64,000 bases of DNA. Source: Octopus vulgaris (taxonomy: Eukaryota). The notes under the pieces are model-generated. The model had not been told where the DNA came from. It worked only from the letters and a program-made list of their open reading frames with translations, and did no database searches. Of the stretch, positions 51,558 to 64,000 are shown in pieces. Numbering within the stretch: position 1 is the stretch's first letter; every line of letters begins with the position of its first letter. The stretch covers positions 37,634,001 to 37,698,000 of the forward strand of contig OX597823.1 of NCBI GenBank assembly GCA_951406725.2, in the 5' to 3' direction. The translations under genes and the position numbers were made by a program.

Positions 51558-52569
51558 TAGCTGACGTACTCGGTAATTCCTGGGAAAGCAGGGCTTATCC
51601 CTTGGTTCCATTCTCATAATTGTATCACTAATCCAATAACAACAATACCAAGTATGTAGCCCTTTAAATGGTTTTTGTGCATCTACAGAGAATACCGAAC
51701 TGTCTTACACAGGATCTTGTTTTAGGAATTCCCAATAAGTTATGAATACCCAAATTGTGAAGTCAGTCATGTAATAACATGAAATTAGTTATCCAGAAGT
51801 AAGAATTCAAATAAAGTAGCTCTGAAAAGGGCTTTAATGTGTTCGCAAAGTATATAGAACATAGGAGGAAATACTAATAAGGTATGTATACTAAAATCGT
51901 GAAGCATGTTACATAATAACAGGCTAATCAGAGATGAGATAATAACAATTCAAAATAAATAACTCTGAAAAGGGCTTTTGTGCATTCCCAGAGAATATTA
52001 CCCTCAGCAGCACTTGTGTTGGTATATTTGTGAATAAGTCACTAACCGAAATAAGTGGATCTATTGTTTAGGAAAATACTATTTACTTGTTTAAGGGTTG
52101 TACTGGATAAATTGCGAAAATAACAGTTTAAATACTAAAAAGTAAGCATACACAATTTCATGTTTACCAAATAATTTAGGAAAATGAATGAGTTATTTCC
52201 CTTAGCTATAGATAAAGATCCCTTCAAGGGGAAAATGGGCTATTTCCCTTGGTTTTTAAAATAAATTAGATATAAAGATCCCTTCCAGAGGCCCTATTAT
52301 CGATTTTATCCAACAATCTGAGTATATTGTGAGTTTCCACTTAAAGTTTCCACTCATTTACTTATTTATTTTTCTTAAAATTTTCGTTGCGTCTTGCAAC
52401 TCTAAAAAAGTAAATAAGTGGTAACTTTACCAGTGAGTGTGTTAAATAATAAGACACGAGTTCTACCCACATGTCAAGTTTCATCAAAATCGATAAAAAT
52501 ATGTAGGAGGAGTTAGTTAACAACCCCACAAACACACCCACAGACAGAATTTCCCACATATGTAGTAGA
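51557..52569 (-). mobile_element. Non-autonomous Helitron
   Basis: On minus: A|TC start at 52569, imperfect subterminal hairpin CCCAGGAATTACCGAG, then CTAG|T at 51557. No TSD. Confidence 0.8.
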
Positions 52570-52591
52570 TATGTGGGTGTGTGTGTGTGTG

Positions 52592-52681
<90 letters not shown>

Positions 52682-53611
52682 AACAAATTTACATCAAGTT
52701 TATACTATAGTGTAACACTGGTATCCAGGTGGTAGATGCATAAGGTGAGTAACACTTAATCAATAAAAAGTAAAAGAATTTTGTGTAGGTTGTTTTTAAA
52801 GGCTGAATGGATATTAAAACATTTTAAAACCCAGCTGAATACCAAACAAGATTGTGAAAAAGCATTTTATTGCCTAGCAACTGCACTGCCATAATATGAA
52901 ACTAAGTGAATCAGCCACTGAGTCACCACTGACTTGTCTGACTTGAATAAGCAGCATAAAGATAGTGATCTAAGAATGAAACAGTTCAAAGAATGCCAGG
53001 TGATATTAGTAATACACACACACACATATATATAAATAGACAAAAACCACATATTATCAGTGTAGTTGCCACCTGTTGTCAACACTGAACAAGATAAAGA
53101 ATATTTAATACTTTTTTATTTAAAACAGCTTTTTCTTCCTTCTTTTCTATTTTCATAAACTTGTGGATATCATCTGAGTAATTCTCCAAAAATATTATCA
53201 TCATCATCATCATCTTAAAACCTGCTTTTTCACACTTGCATGGGTTGGACAATACCAGCAACTTTAAAATACCCAAGCAGTGTACCACCATCTAGCTACA
53301 TCTCCCTGTCTTTAAACAACTACTTCAATGTATGTGTCTGTGTCAGAATATTAAGCAACTAATGATCTAAATATTACATCTGTTAATTTTCAATAATGAA
53401 TGCAATGTAATTTACAATGTCTCCTTTATACTCATACTGCTGCATTATGTGGATGCAGTAGGATGCAACAGATCAAGAGAGCAACTTGTCTGAATCAACT
53501 CCACAAAAAATAAAACCTTGATGGTACTGTTAAACTGAGCAATGAATTAAGAACATTTCTCCACCACCAAATTATATTTTCAAATAAGGAAATAAATTTA
53601 TTAGAGGTATC

Positions 53612-54153
53612 GGGATGGCTGTGTGGCTAAAAAGTTTGCTTTGGAACCATGAGATTACATATTCAGTCCTACTACATGGTGCAGTAGGTTGGTGTCCTCT
53701 ATTATTACCATGAGCTCATTAATACTGTATGAATGAAAATGGAAACTGGAAGAAGCCAATCGTATAAATATGTGCATGTTTATGTAGGCAACTGAATGAG
53801 TATACCTCTTGTCTTGACAGTGTAAACAAAGCCTCACTAGTTATGCATACAACATTATTTGCTTGTAGTCCACTGCAAAAGCATAACCGAGCTTCCTAAC
53901 ATGCATGTGTGTGTGAACGCACATGCTACTTGTAAACAATTACTGTCACCATTCATAGAAACAGTGTTGCTTATTTGTAGTCCTCTGTGAAACCATGTCA
54001 GGTTGTTTACAATACTTGGGAATTACTACCATGCTTGGAGACAGGTGAGGTTGATGTCAGGTTAGGTTCCAGCCATAAACAACTTCTGCTTTAATAAATC
54101 TTATCTGAACCATGTTAGCATGGAAAAATAAATGTTAAAATGATGATGATGAT
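53612..54153 (+). mobile_element. SINE family 2 head joined to an RTE-type (GAT)n tail
   Basis: Head ATGGCTGTGTGGCTAAAAAGTTTGC; tail CCATGTTAGCATGGAAAA...AAATGATGATGAT. Confidence 0.65.
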
Positions 54154-54636
54154 AATCATGAAGGGGAGGACGTCAACAACCCACTGATAGCAATAACATT
54201 GAAATATTGGTTGTATTAAGAAAAATGGGGTGAAGTATTACTAGTAAATATCATTGTAAGTAAAAAGATGCTCCCTGTCTAACTTCATAGAACATAGGAT
54301 TAATGTGATAGGATGCCAGAATAAACCTGAAACTGTAGAGATTATCAGTTGAATCAAGCGAGGAATATAATGGAAGAATGGAACTGAAGATATTTAATGT
54401 AAGACATGTTAGTAAGGTCAGGTGGAATAATAGAAACTAATATTTCACTGTGTATAAGTGCATGTGTGCAAGAAATAACATGCTGCAACTAATTACAATC
54501 ACATCATGTTAACATCCTCAAGATAAGTGTTTGGAGGAAAGCCATAAATCTCTGGAATACTCTAGAATATAGATGTTAAGTGAGAAGTTGACAATTCTTT
54601 GTTAAATTATCCCAGATATTCTCACTGAAGGAATAT

Positions 54637-54945
54637 TAACTCTTATTACCAACCTGTCTGAAACTACTTTTGGTTCTGTCTGAGCAGAAACCTTCCACAA
54701 AAATTTCATTTCAATTAATGTTCCAAACACTGGCTTAATAATGACAGTTATTTTAATAAATTCTTCATTATTTTCAGAATTAATTGAAAAATAATAGTGT
54801 ATTTCAACAAAAATACTGTTCTTAGCTAAGAAGTTTGCTTTCCAACCACATGGTTTCAAATTCAGTCCTATGGCATAGTATCTTGGGCAAGTGTCTTCTA
54901 CTATAGCTTTGGTCCAACCAAAGCCTTGGTGGGTGGATTTAGTAA
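54637..54945 (+). mobile_element. MITE family A followed by a SINE family 2 head
   Basis: Homology to other copies in the window. Confidence 0.65.
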
Positions 54946-56043
54946 TAGAAGCATTTACTGCTGTGGTTCCTGAAATAAGGCCATGTCATGGGTAAAGTCA
55001 AGCTCCATCAGTTTGGTGCTTCAATAACCATAATGAAACATACATATAGTCTTGTCCGATTCCTGGTGTGATTGTTAGATTATTGGTCTGTTAAAGAAAT
55101 ACTTCTCATAATATTTGGACATCTTGCTGATAATCCCAACAACGTCAGTGAAATACCTCTAATTTAGGAGGAGATGCGGTCAATTTAACAGAATCAAATA
55201 CAGAACTGGTCTTTATAAAGATTACCAACTTCAAAAGGATAACAGACAAAGCTGACTCCAGCATCATTTGAACTTGGAACATGGAAAAAATGTAACTAAG
55301 TCAATAATGGCCATTCCAGCAAGGATACCAACTTGTAATGAGAATAAATTTCAAGAAACATAAAAACAAATTTACAGCTGAGTCCCTAATTTTTTTTCAA
55401 GTACAAAACATTTTTTAATAATAAATTATAAATTGGATAAAATGTAGAAAGGAAAAATGAAAATAATGAAACTGATATTAGATTTATTGCCTAAAAAAGA
55501 AAACTAATTTACTTTATTTTATTTTAATTATACCTAAATCATCACTACAATAACAAAGGAATAGCCCACCTACTATTTCAACTCTTATTACTCATGAAAC
55601 AACCCTTATTATTAAGTTTATTCTTAATGGTACCATCAAGTAAATGTCTTTTTATGGTTTCATAATGCCAACTTTTTGCCATAACCAAAGCTGCAAATTG
55701 AGAACAAACCCAAACAAGTTCACCAGATATTTTAAATGACACCTCCATTTTGATGGTAACAGAGTTCAAAAGTTAATGGATTAATGGTAACAGCTAATTG
55801 AAGGTTTAAGTTTGATTCAATCAGGTCTAGAATTATGCTGCATACTGTTATGGAGAGTTTGGCTAAGGGGAATTACAGGGTATCAGTCAGGGTATGCTTT
55901 AGCCAGATATGTTTAGATAGGACTGAAGGATAAGAATCCAAATTAGATTTAAGCTAGTTGTAAACTAACAAAATTAAGAATAGGAATTAGACCTTCAGAG
56001 AAAATCAACGTTACTGCAATATTATACACACACACACACACAC

Positions 56044-57535
56044 ACAAGCAATGCATCCCAGCATTGTCCTGGTGTTATCACACACAACCATTTGTATTAT
56101 TTGTTCCTTTCTTAAGGGCAGAATCAGCACAGCTGACATATAGTGAACTGGATTACTGGAGTAATGGAAGTTATTGTTTGTTTAAAAGTGAAGAGGAGAG
56201 AGTACAATTTGCATAGGTTTGCATGAAAGTGCTTTCTGTTCTTAAGAAGGATCACAAACTATGTCTTGTTTCATTGTATAAAAGGGAGTTAATATGATTT
56301 TGCTCAGAAATCACATTTTCAAAATTTTAATATTAGAGTACCACTAGAAAACTCAACATACTAGAAACAACAGGTAAACAACATTATTTCTGAAGAAACT
56401 TCTGCATTTTCCAAAAAGCTAAAAGTGAAATATTGGGAGTTTGTAGCTTTTTGTAAGTGGTGAGGTGATGGGTGGATGTTTGGGAAGGAGATATTAGAGT
56501 TTCTTTAAGAAAAAAAGAAAGAAAATTCTTAAAGATTCATACTCCCTGTTTATATCTCCATTGATTACCTAGAAAAAAATTCAAAGAAAAAAATGAAGGA
56601 GAGGGAGAAAATTAAAACATGGAGAATGTGTCATTCGGGCAAAATCCTAATCTCCTGCATTGAAAACAGGAATCAGAAGAAATTTAGGTAAAAAATTGGG
56701 GAGGGCAAATGTCACCTGACATGCTAGAAACAACAGGTAGAAGACAGGATTTCTGGGAGAACTACCTTTTAAATTATATTGAAGATCAGGTTTTTAAATA
56801 TACACTACACAAACACAAATTGCAGAATAGAAAAAAGGGGTTTCAATTGGATTTGAGCTGTAATTTTGCACTTGCGCATAGCAAGAAATAACATAATTCA
56901 TACACAAGTTTTACCGTGTGTGTGTGTGTGTGTGTGCAAAAGGAAGTTATTTAATGGCATTCTTTCGTTTGAAGCAGGAAAGTTGTTAACTCGGTCATAT
57001 GGGATCATGATTGTTTATTAATTTCCATAAAAATTTTTTTTTAATTCTTCATGCTTTGACAGAGAAGAGAAAGTGAAAAGGCAACATTTGCTTTGAAGTG
57101 AGAGCAATAAGTGAAAGATGTTTGTACATGTATTTGAAATGGATGTGTGTGTGTGTGTGTATGAGAGAGAGAGAGAGAGTGACTGAGTGAAGGTATGTTG
57201 TCATGTATATATTTTTTGCATGTATGTGTAAGTGGTACTCTCTCTCTCACACATTATTTTTCATATTCATGTATATAAATACATATGCATACAACGTTTT
57301 TGTATGTATGTGTGCATGTGCAAGTGAGAGAGAAAGTGAGTGACTGTATTTCCTCATAACATATAGAGAAATGAATGTTTTTAAGGTACACACCCATATA
57401 GAAAATGTGATGTCATCATCGTCATGGCATAAAATGTCATTTAGGATAGTTGAATTATAGAAAGATTACAATGTTAAATTTTTGTAATGTAAATATGTAA
57501 ATGAAAAAGTATATTTGGTACGTCAAAATCAGTCA
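56044..57535 (-). mobile_element. Helitron-like element, diverged paralog of 1-1377
   Basis: 56357-57535 is colinear with about 1-1290. Left end ACAAGCAATGCATCCCAGCATTGTCCTGG resembles a decayed CTAG plus hairpin. Confidence 0.6.
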
Positions 57536-58984
57536 ATACTAGTACCCAGCCTATCCTGGCACCCTACATGTTGATAAACCTAGATTCTAACAAATCTTGC
57601 AATTGATATATGTGTGTATGTGTGTGTGTTCATTTTGAATATCTGTGAGAGATTGGATTTGGAATAGTGCTTAATAACAATTTTCTTGCTGCAGGCTGTT
57701 ATCACATAACTGGTTCCTGTCAAATGGTCAACATGAGTGGAACCAACTAAGACAGTGTTCAGATACTGGGACAGGTAAAAGAAAAGAGCTTTTGAAGTTT
57801 AGTATTTGTCAAACAGATGACAGGAGTGTATGGTCTGTTAGGAAATAGTGGACATTTCTGTGTTTGAACCATCATGTACAATTTCCTATGAAATCAAAAG
57901 TTCTGTATAGAGAAAACATTAAAATTTACAATCATTTTGATGTGTAAAATTTCTTAGATATTCTTGAAAGTAATTTGAAGGTGAGAGAGAGAGAGAGAGA
58001 AAGAGAGAAGGGGAGTTGCAGAGATCAGAGATGTTAACATGAACTGGATGAAATGATGAAAACAGATGTTACAGAATTGGGATTGCTAACCTTTCTGACC
58101 AGCAGATCACAATATAACACACACACATCACACCACCATTATATCAAATTACTACAGCAGGAAATATGTAACAGAGTCAGAGATTTTTGGCAAAAACACA
58201 ATATAATAAATTGTATGCCGTAGTTCAGTATATTGATAAAAGTTTACAGTTGAGCAAATATGCTCTAAATACAATATCCAAATAACACACACACATTATC
58301 ACTTATTAATGTGTCTACAGCATTAGTTTTGTTTCAAAATCCATACTAATTGGAGGAAGATTATTTCTCCAACTAGATAACAATAATTAGATAAGTGAGT
58401 TAGATGAGTGAGGTCCAGGCAGCTTAGTGCAACACTAGTATAACCAACAACTCTAGCATTTAGGCAACAGACAACAGAAATAGCTCTTTATGGCCAGTAG
58501 AAACAATAGTTAATACTAAATATAATCTCAATATATTACTGGTAAACAGAAGGCAGAATCCAAAGAAACCTTCAAACTACTCACAGGAGTCAGATACATT
58601 GGAATTGAGAGTGGGGGACATTAAAAAACACTGGTTTCAATGACAAAATACAATTTAGCTTTTGTTACTGTCATAAGTAGGGAATGTTTTTGACAGGCAA
58701 AAGTTTTCATTTGGTTCTCAATACTATTTTATTAACTCAAACTGCAACTTGGAAACAGACTCAAGATGAAGCTTGTTATGGAAAATGTAGAATCAGCTTA
58801 ACCAATTCCAATATATTACTGATAAACAAGAGGAAACTGGCCCTGGTGAGATTTTAACCCTTTAATACCAACACACCTGAGACCGAACCTGGTCTCAGGT
58901 GGGTTGATACCAAACTTCCTGTTTCAAAATTTAGGTTCCACACACCAGTTTAATTACCACAGTTATTTTACAAAATTCTTCATT

Positions 58985-59460
58985 GAAGACCTGTCAAGCC
59001 AAGTGAAATCATAGTTGTGGCCAATGCCAGTGTCATGTAACTGGCACCTGTGCTGGTGGTACGTAAAAAGCATCTTTTGAGTGTTGGGTCTCACAGAAGT
59101 AATGTGGCTGATGCCAGTGCCGCGTAACTAGCACCTGGGCAGGTGGCATGTAAAAAGCACATTTGAAGCATTGAGCCTCATAGAGGCAATGACAAATAAC
59201 TGAGATCATTGGCAATAGGCTGTGCCTGAGTAGAAGACCCATCAAACCAAGTGAAATCATAGTCGTAGCAGATGCTGGTGTCATGCCAGTGGCACATAAA
59301 AACACCCTTTACTCTCAGAGTGGTTAGGAAGGACATCCAGCTGTAGAAACTATGCCAAATCAGTCTGGAGTTTGGTACAGCCCCTCAGCTTACCAGATTT
59401 GTTCAAACTGTCCAACTCATGCCAGCATGGACAATGGACATTAAGTGATGATAATGATAA
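58985..59460 (+). mobile_element. Older RTE 3' end with duplicated ORF-terminus/UTR modules
   Basis: GAAGACC..TCAA.CCAAGTGAAATCATAGT occurs twice. CT.GCACCTG.GC.GGTGG.A.GTAAAAAGCA units precede the standard tail. Confidence 0.75.
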
Positions 59461-59742
59461 ATTAACACAAAAGCAATATATTCAATAAATATGATAACAA
59501 AAGAATGGAAATAAAATACTGCAAGAGATTCTGTCTGACATGATTCATCCAATACCATAGTGCTGCAAAATGTACTGCAATATTTACTGCATTCCATATT
59601 CTTGGCTTCAATTTAAAATTCCACCAGGATTTTAAGGAGCTGCTATGGCTGGTGGTTAAGAAGCTTGAGGCACTGTGCCAATGACAAAATATAAAAAAAG
59701 TCATTCAGGCTCTCAATTACAACAGTTATTCCATGTATATTA

Positions 59743-59802
59743 TTGTGTCTAATATCTCTTTAACAACAGTCCTCCTTGTTGTTAAAGAGATATCCGACAC
59801 AA
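59743..59802. other. Isolated near-perfect hairpin
   Basis: 7-bp plus 17-bp perfect stems, a 2x2 internal loop and an 8-nt terminal loop. Confidence 0.85.
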
Positions 59803-59985
59803 ATTATAGAGTCCCACACAAATAATGGCTGATTAGATATTATCAGCAGACCAAATTCTGACTGTCACAACACTAACACATCCTTTACAAGCACACACAC
59901 ACACACACACATTTTCTGTTCCTAATGCCAGCATTATTTATTATCCCAAATAAATTTTCTGTGAATGTCAGAACAATTTACTTAC

Positions 59986-60079
59986 CAGGATAATTATTGA
60001 AGTGCTATGAAATGAAAGCTCAAGCTGACATTTACTGGAAAGCAAGCTGGCATTTAGCGCTTAAGAAATATGCTTCCAA
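59986..60079 (-). other. Candidate non-coding (UTR) exon
   Basis: Acceptor TTATTTTCTTCCAG and donor CTG|GTAAGT on minus; stops in all three frames. Confidence 0.3.
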
Positions 60080-60914
60080 CTGGAAGAAAATAATTCTTCC
60101 ATATTTTAATCTCTTTGAAAGATTTTCATATAAATTTGTTTATTTTGCTACAAGTATATTGATATTCAGTAAGAACTTTAAAGATATCTGTTACATCTCT
60201 TTTAAGATTGTTGTACATAAGACATTCACAAAGACAAACTCTTAGAAATAGAGCATTTACTTTTCCTTCTATGTTGATGATAGCTTAGATATTTACAAGC
60301 AGAATAATATAAACATAACAATCAATACACATGAAATAGATGACACAAGTTGTGCCTGTATGTGTACACAAACACACTTTCTTGCAGTCTCAATATCATC
60401 TCTTGCTCCTCTTCCTGTCTTCCCTTTTACACCTCATTCTACCAATGACAACCCCACTATTTATGCTTGTCTTCTACTATTTCCACCCCTATGTACTTTT
60501 GACCTCACTCACTCCTGGCACTGTGCATCTCACACACAACTCACACTCCAACATCATCTGTACTTCCACCTATCATCTCCCTGTCCCAATCATATTTCCT
60601 CTATCTTTCTTCTTTCAAACTAGTTTTCATCATTGGTAACACGTCTACTCATGTTCACTGCATTCATCATTATCCCCGTCTCTATCCATTCGTCAGTTTC
60701 CTTTCACACTCTTGCAAACTTACTTACTCATTCACCTGGTCCAGTTCTCTGGACCTCTTATACTCCCTTTCTTGTATTCTGAGGTATGTTTTATCACCTC
60801 TTCAACATCTGCCTTTTTCCAACTAAGATAGCCAGGTATCTCCTCTACTGCAAGAAGTTTGTTTCTGTCCCTCTACCTTACTCTTTCAGCACCTGGCATA
60901 AAACTACCTCCCTC

Positions 60915-61090
60915 ACTAGTCCTGGTGCCACTTTGTGATGTAGTTAGCATTAGGAAGGGCATCCAATCATAGACACCATGCAAAAGTGGATATTGGAGTT
61001 TGATGCAGCCCTCTGGCTTGTCAGTTCCTGTCAAACAATGCAATCTATTCCAGCATGAAAAAAGGACTTAAAAATGGTGATGATGTGATG
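60915..61090 (+). mobile_element. RTE-type 3' tail
   Basis: TTAGCATTAGGAAGGGCATCCA...CCAGCATGAAAA...GATGATG. Confidence 0.65.
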
Positions 61091-62209
61091 AGGACGATAT
61101 TTATATGTATATATACTCTTCACCTCCACCACCATATTTTTATGTTATATCAGTCATCTACATTCCTCTACTCCCTCAACTCATATATCATTAGTCAAGC
61201 CACCCTTATCCACTGTCGATCCTTCAACCCAACCCAATTTCTACAGTTGTCACTCCATCTTCCTTGCCTATCATTCTTCAACACTTGTTGCACACCATAT
61301 TCACCCTCTCACCCATTCCCCATCTTTAATTATATCTCACTCTTCCAATTGCTACCCACCCACACTCCCTGTTACCACACTTTCACTCACAGGATACCTT
61401 GGTAGATTACTGACACCACACCACTATTTTTATCTTTTTCCAGCTCAATACTGGCTACTCCAACCCTCTACTCTATAATATGAGCAGCAATGTAGCTCCT
61501 CCATAGCAAGCAGACATGAAAACACAAAACGCAGTCCTTAGATTTGTTGATCCTGTCAAACCATGCCAAAATAAAACACAGATATTAAATTATGATGATG
61601 GTGTGTGTACATTTTGCAGCCTATGATGCTGGGCAGGGCAGGTCAGGTAAAAAAAAACCCAGCAATATTTTGTTCCCATTCCATTGGTACCAGTTAAAAT
61701 CCCTGTCATTTATCAGAAAATATTAAATATATTCATTTATTCCTCAATACATTTATAACACGCTAAAACAGTATGGTTTAGAATTAAATATCTGGACCAG
61801 CTGTTTAAAAAGTTCTGAAAATATTAAAGCCTAAGTTCTAAAAATTCATGTCTGATAAATAAACAGTCACAGAAAATAAATACTAACTATATTTCACAAT
61901 GAAAACCTAGAGTTTAAGCAACATTTTTAGCAGCCAGAAAATGTTCTGTACTGAACTTGATTTTTAGCCAATCTTGATAATATGCATACAAAGCATGAAT
62001 AAATCCAGTAGAACAGAATGTAGATTTTTGGAACTTGTCTCCAATAAAGTTTGCCTACTTTCATAGAATATATAAAAGCTAGCAGACTTTCTTGTATCGT
62101 ACAAGCACAGCAGTACAATAGCAAACCGTATGAGGCAAGATGAATGTAAAGTGGAAACACTACACAAATTAGATTGGAGATAATACATTTCTGTATAGGG
62201 AGGTTGGTT

Positions 62210-62443
62210 GGTTGAACTGGTAAAATATTGGGCAAAATAGGTTATGGTATTTAGCCAAAATTCCATTCTGAGTTCAAATTCTGTCTGTGTCCAGTTGTAT
62301 ACTCCATTTAGAATACGTACACTGAAACCATGTGGTAAGAGGCAATTAAAAGGGTTAGTGTCAGGAAAGGCATCTGCCCGTAAGACACTTCCATCCAACC
62401 CATGCTAGCAAGAGAATACAGACATAAAAATTGATGATGATGA
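62210..62443 (+). mobile_element. SINE family 1-like head with RTE-type tail
   Basis: CTGAGTTCAAATTCTG B box, then GTCAGGAAAGGCATC..CCAACCCATGCTAGCA..GATGATGAT. Confidence 0.55.
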
Positions 62444-63204
62444 TATAAAAATCAATGTAAAACATAACCAAAACTATTGAAACTGTTAAGACTAGACTGG
62501 TATCCAGTGGCTTTGTACCTCTTAATATCAGCTGTGGTTTAATGTCATTGTTTTTACCAATTCCTGTGTAAGTTTGAGACCTCAAGTCATACATGTGCTA
62601 ACTGCTATAAAAAAACAACAAAACAGTCATCAAGAATGAGAGAGTTACAGTAATTAGATGTTTTAGAGGAAGGAGAGAATGAAAATTATTTTAACAAAAG
62701 ATCTGGCTACAGACTGGTGGCTTCCTTCCTTATTGTTGTTAAATGTTTTTTTTTATAGCAGTTAGCAATTTTAAAAGAAATTAAAGATAGGCTTTTGTGA
62801 TTTATTATCTAACAGAGGATATAACAAGAGTCTTTAGTTCCCATTTCTAATGCTTCTCACCTATCAGCAATTTTCTCAATGCATATTCCAAAAGTAGGTT
62901 CAGAGAACATGTAAAAATCAATTAGTAGCAGAGCTATACAATCCACCAATTTGTCAGTCAATCCATCATACCAAATTTACTCCAAAAATAAGTCTGTCAG
63001 AAACAAAAGGAAATAAAATGATTAACAACTCATTAATTAGTCTGCAGAACAAATGGTGAAAGCCCTGATTACTTTCAATGCTGATCTAGTTATTATAATG
63101 TATTATAATATATATATATTATTATAAATACATTCATATCATGTGTGTGCGCACACGTGCGTGAGTATGTATGTGGCTGTGTGGTAAGAAACTTGCTTCC
63201 CAAT

Positions 63205-63640
63205 TACTTCGAGAGTGTAATGGGTGCTTTTACATACCACCAGCATGCGTGCCATTTGCATGACACTGGTATCTACCATGATTGCAATTTTGTTTGGCTT
63301 GTTGGGTTTTCTAAAGCATAATATAATGCCAAAGGTCTTGGTCATTGCCTCTGTGAGGCCCAACACTCAAAAAGAACTCAGCTACTTTGCCTTCATGAGG
63401 CCCAATGCTCAAAAGGAACTCAACCACCTTGCCTCCATTAGGTCCAACATTCAAAAGACGTTCTTTATGTGCCACCAGCACAGGTGCACTTGGCTTTACA
63501 GGTCCTCTCAAGCACAGGCACACCACCAAAGATCTTGGTCACCAGTTATTGCCTCACAGGCATCAAACAATCTGCCTTTCACTCTGAGAGGCCCTTTGTT
63601 GCCAGCAGGAGTAGGAGCTCTCTGAACTTTGCCCAGCCTA
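63205..63640 (-). mobile_element. Rearranged RTE fragment
   Basis: Minus reads ..LRVKGRLFDAC (compare LRVKGRLYDAC in the intact ORF), joined to repeated ORF-end modules (LGLTEAMT). Confidence 0.75.
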
Positions 63641-64000
63641 ATATATATGTTTATAGATCTGAACAATGGAGAGGTAATACTCTGTTTGCTTGCCAAGATC
63701 ATTTTTATTATTCTCTACTTGTTACATACGAGATCTGAGAATTTTTCACCATATTAAAACTCAAGACTGACAACATGTTAAAAGTTTAAAAAAAAAAAAG
63801 ATTGTCCACAAAACAAAAGCTGTCTGAGTAATCAATGCATTTTAATATAGTCATATGATTAATTGGTCAACACAAGCAAAATGATAGAGAAGCTTTGGCA
63901 AGCAACAGTAGAAATAGGAAATGAGTTGAACAGAAGAATATGGACGATGATGGTCATGTGATTACACATTTACAAATATAGTTGTTTGGATAGCATTTAG

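Noticed and set aside
57695-57774. Plus-strand exon candidate (LLSHNWFLSNGQHEW...)
   Set aside because: Weak donor, no partner exons and opposite to the inferred host strand.
61927-62398. Overlapping minus-strand ORFs of 102 and 144 aa
   Set aside because: They start within a SINE remnant and show no recognisable domain or clear donor.

Overview
AT-rich, repeat-dense eukaryotic DNA, most likely from an octopus (coleoid cephalopod). This is inferred from the SINE, RTE and MITE families and the microsatellite load. The window looks like a long intron or intergenic stretch. An apparent A/C skew on + and a few splice-flanked segments suggest a minus-strand host gene, but no host protein could be named. 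The only long intact ORF is a 5'-truncated RTE LINE (about 17995-20388) with a PHD-like finger in its RT region and an 8 x 61-bp hairpin array in its 3' UTR. The most unusual item is a hammerhead-like fold with non-circularly permuted core motifs (35860-35979). It sits in the 3' UTR of an RT-deleted Hero-type non-LTR element, which is nested in a Sola2-like transposon and carries a tRNA-derived SINE. Other notable items are a Helitron containing a perfect 116-bp inverted copy of adjacent DNA, a fold-back mariner built from two 5' ends, a pre-miRNA-sized hairpin and a CpG-retaining non-repeat island. The rest is decayed mariner, Tc1-like, Chapaev-like, R4/Dong and CR1-like relics, SINEs and TTAA MITEs. 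All calls were made by eye, and boundaries of old repeats are approximate.
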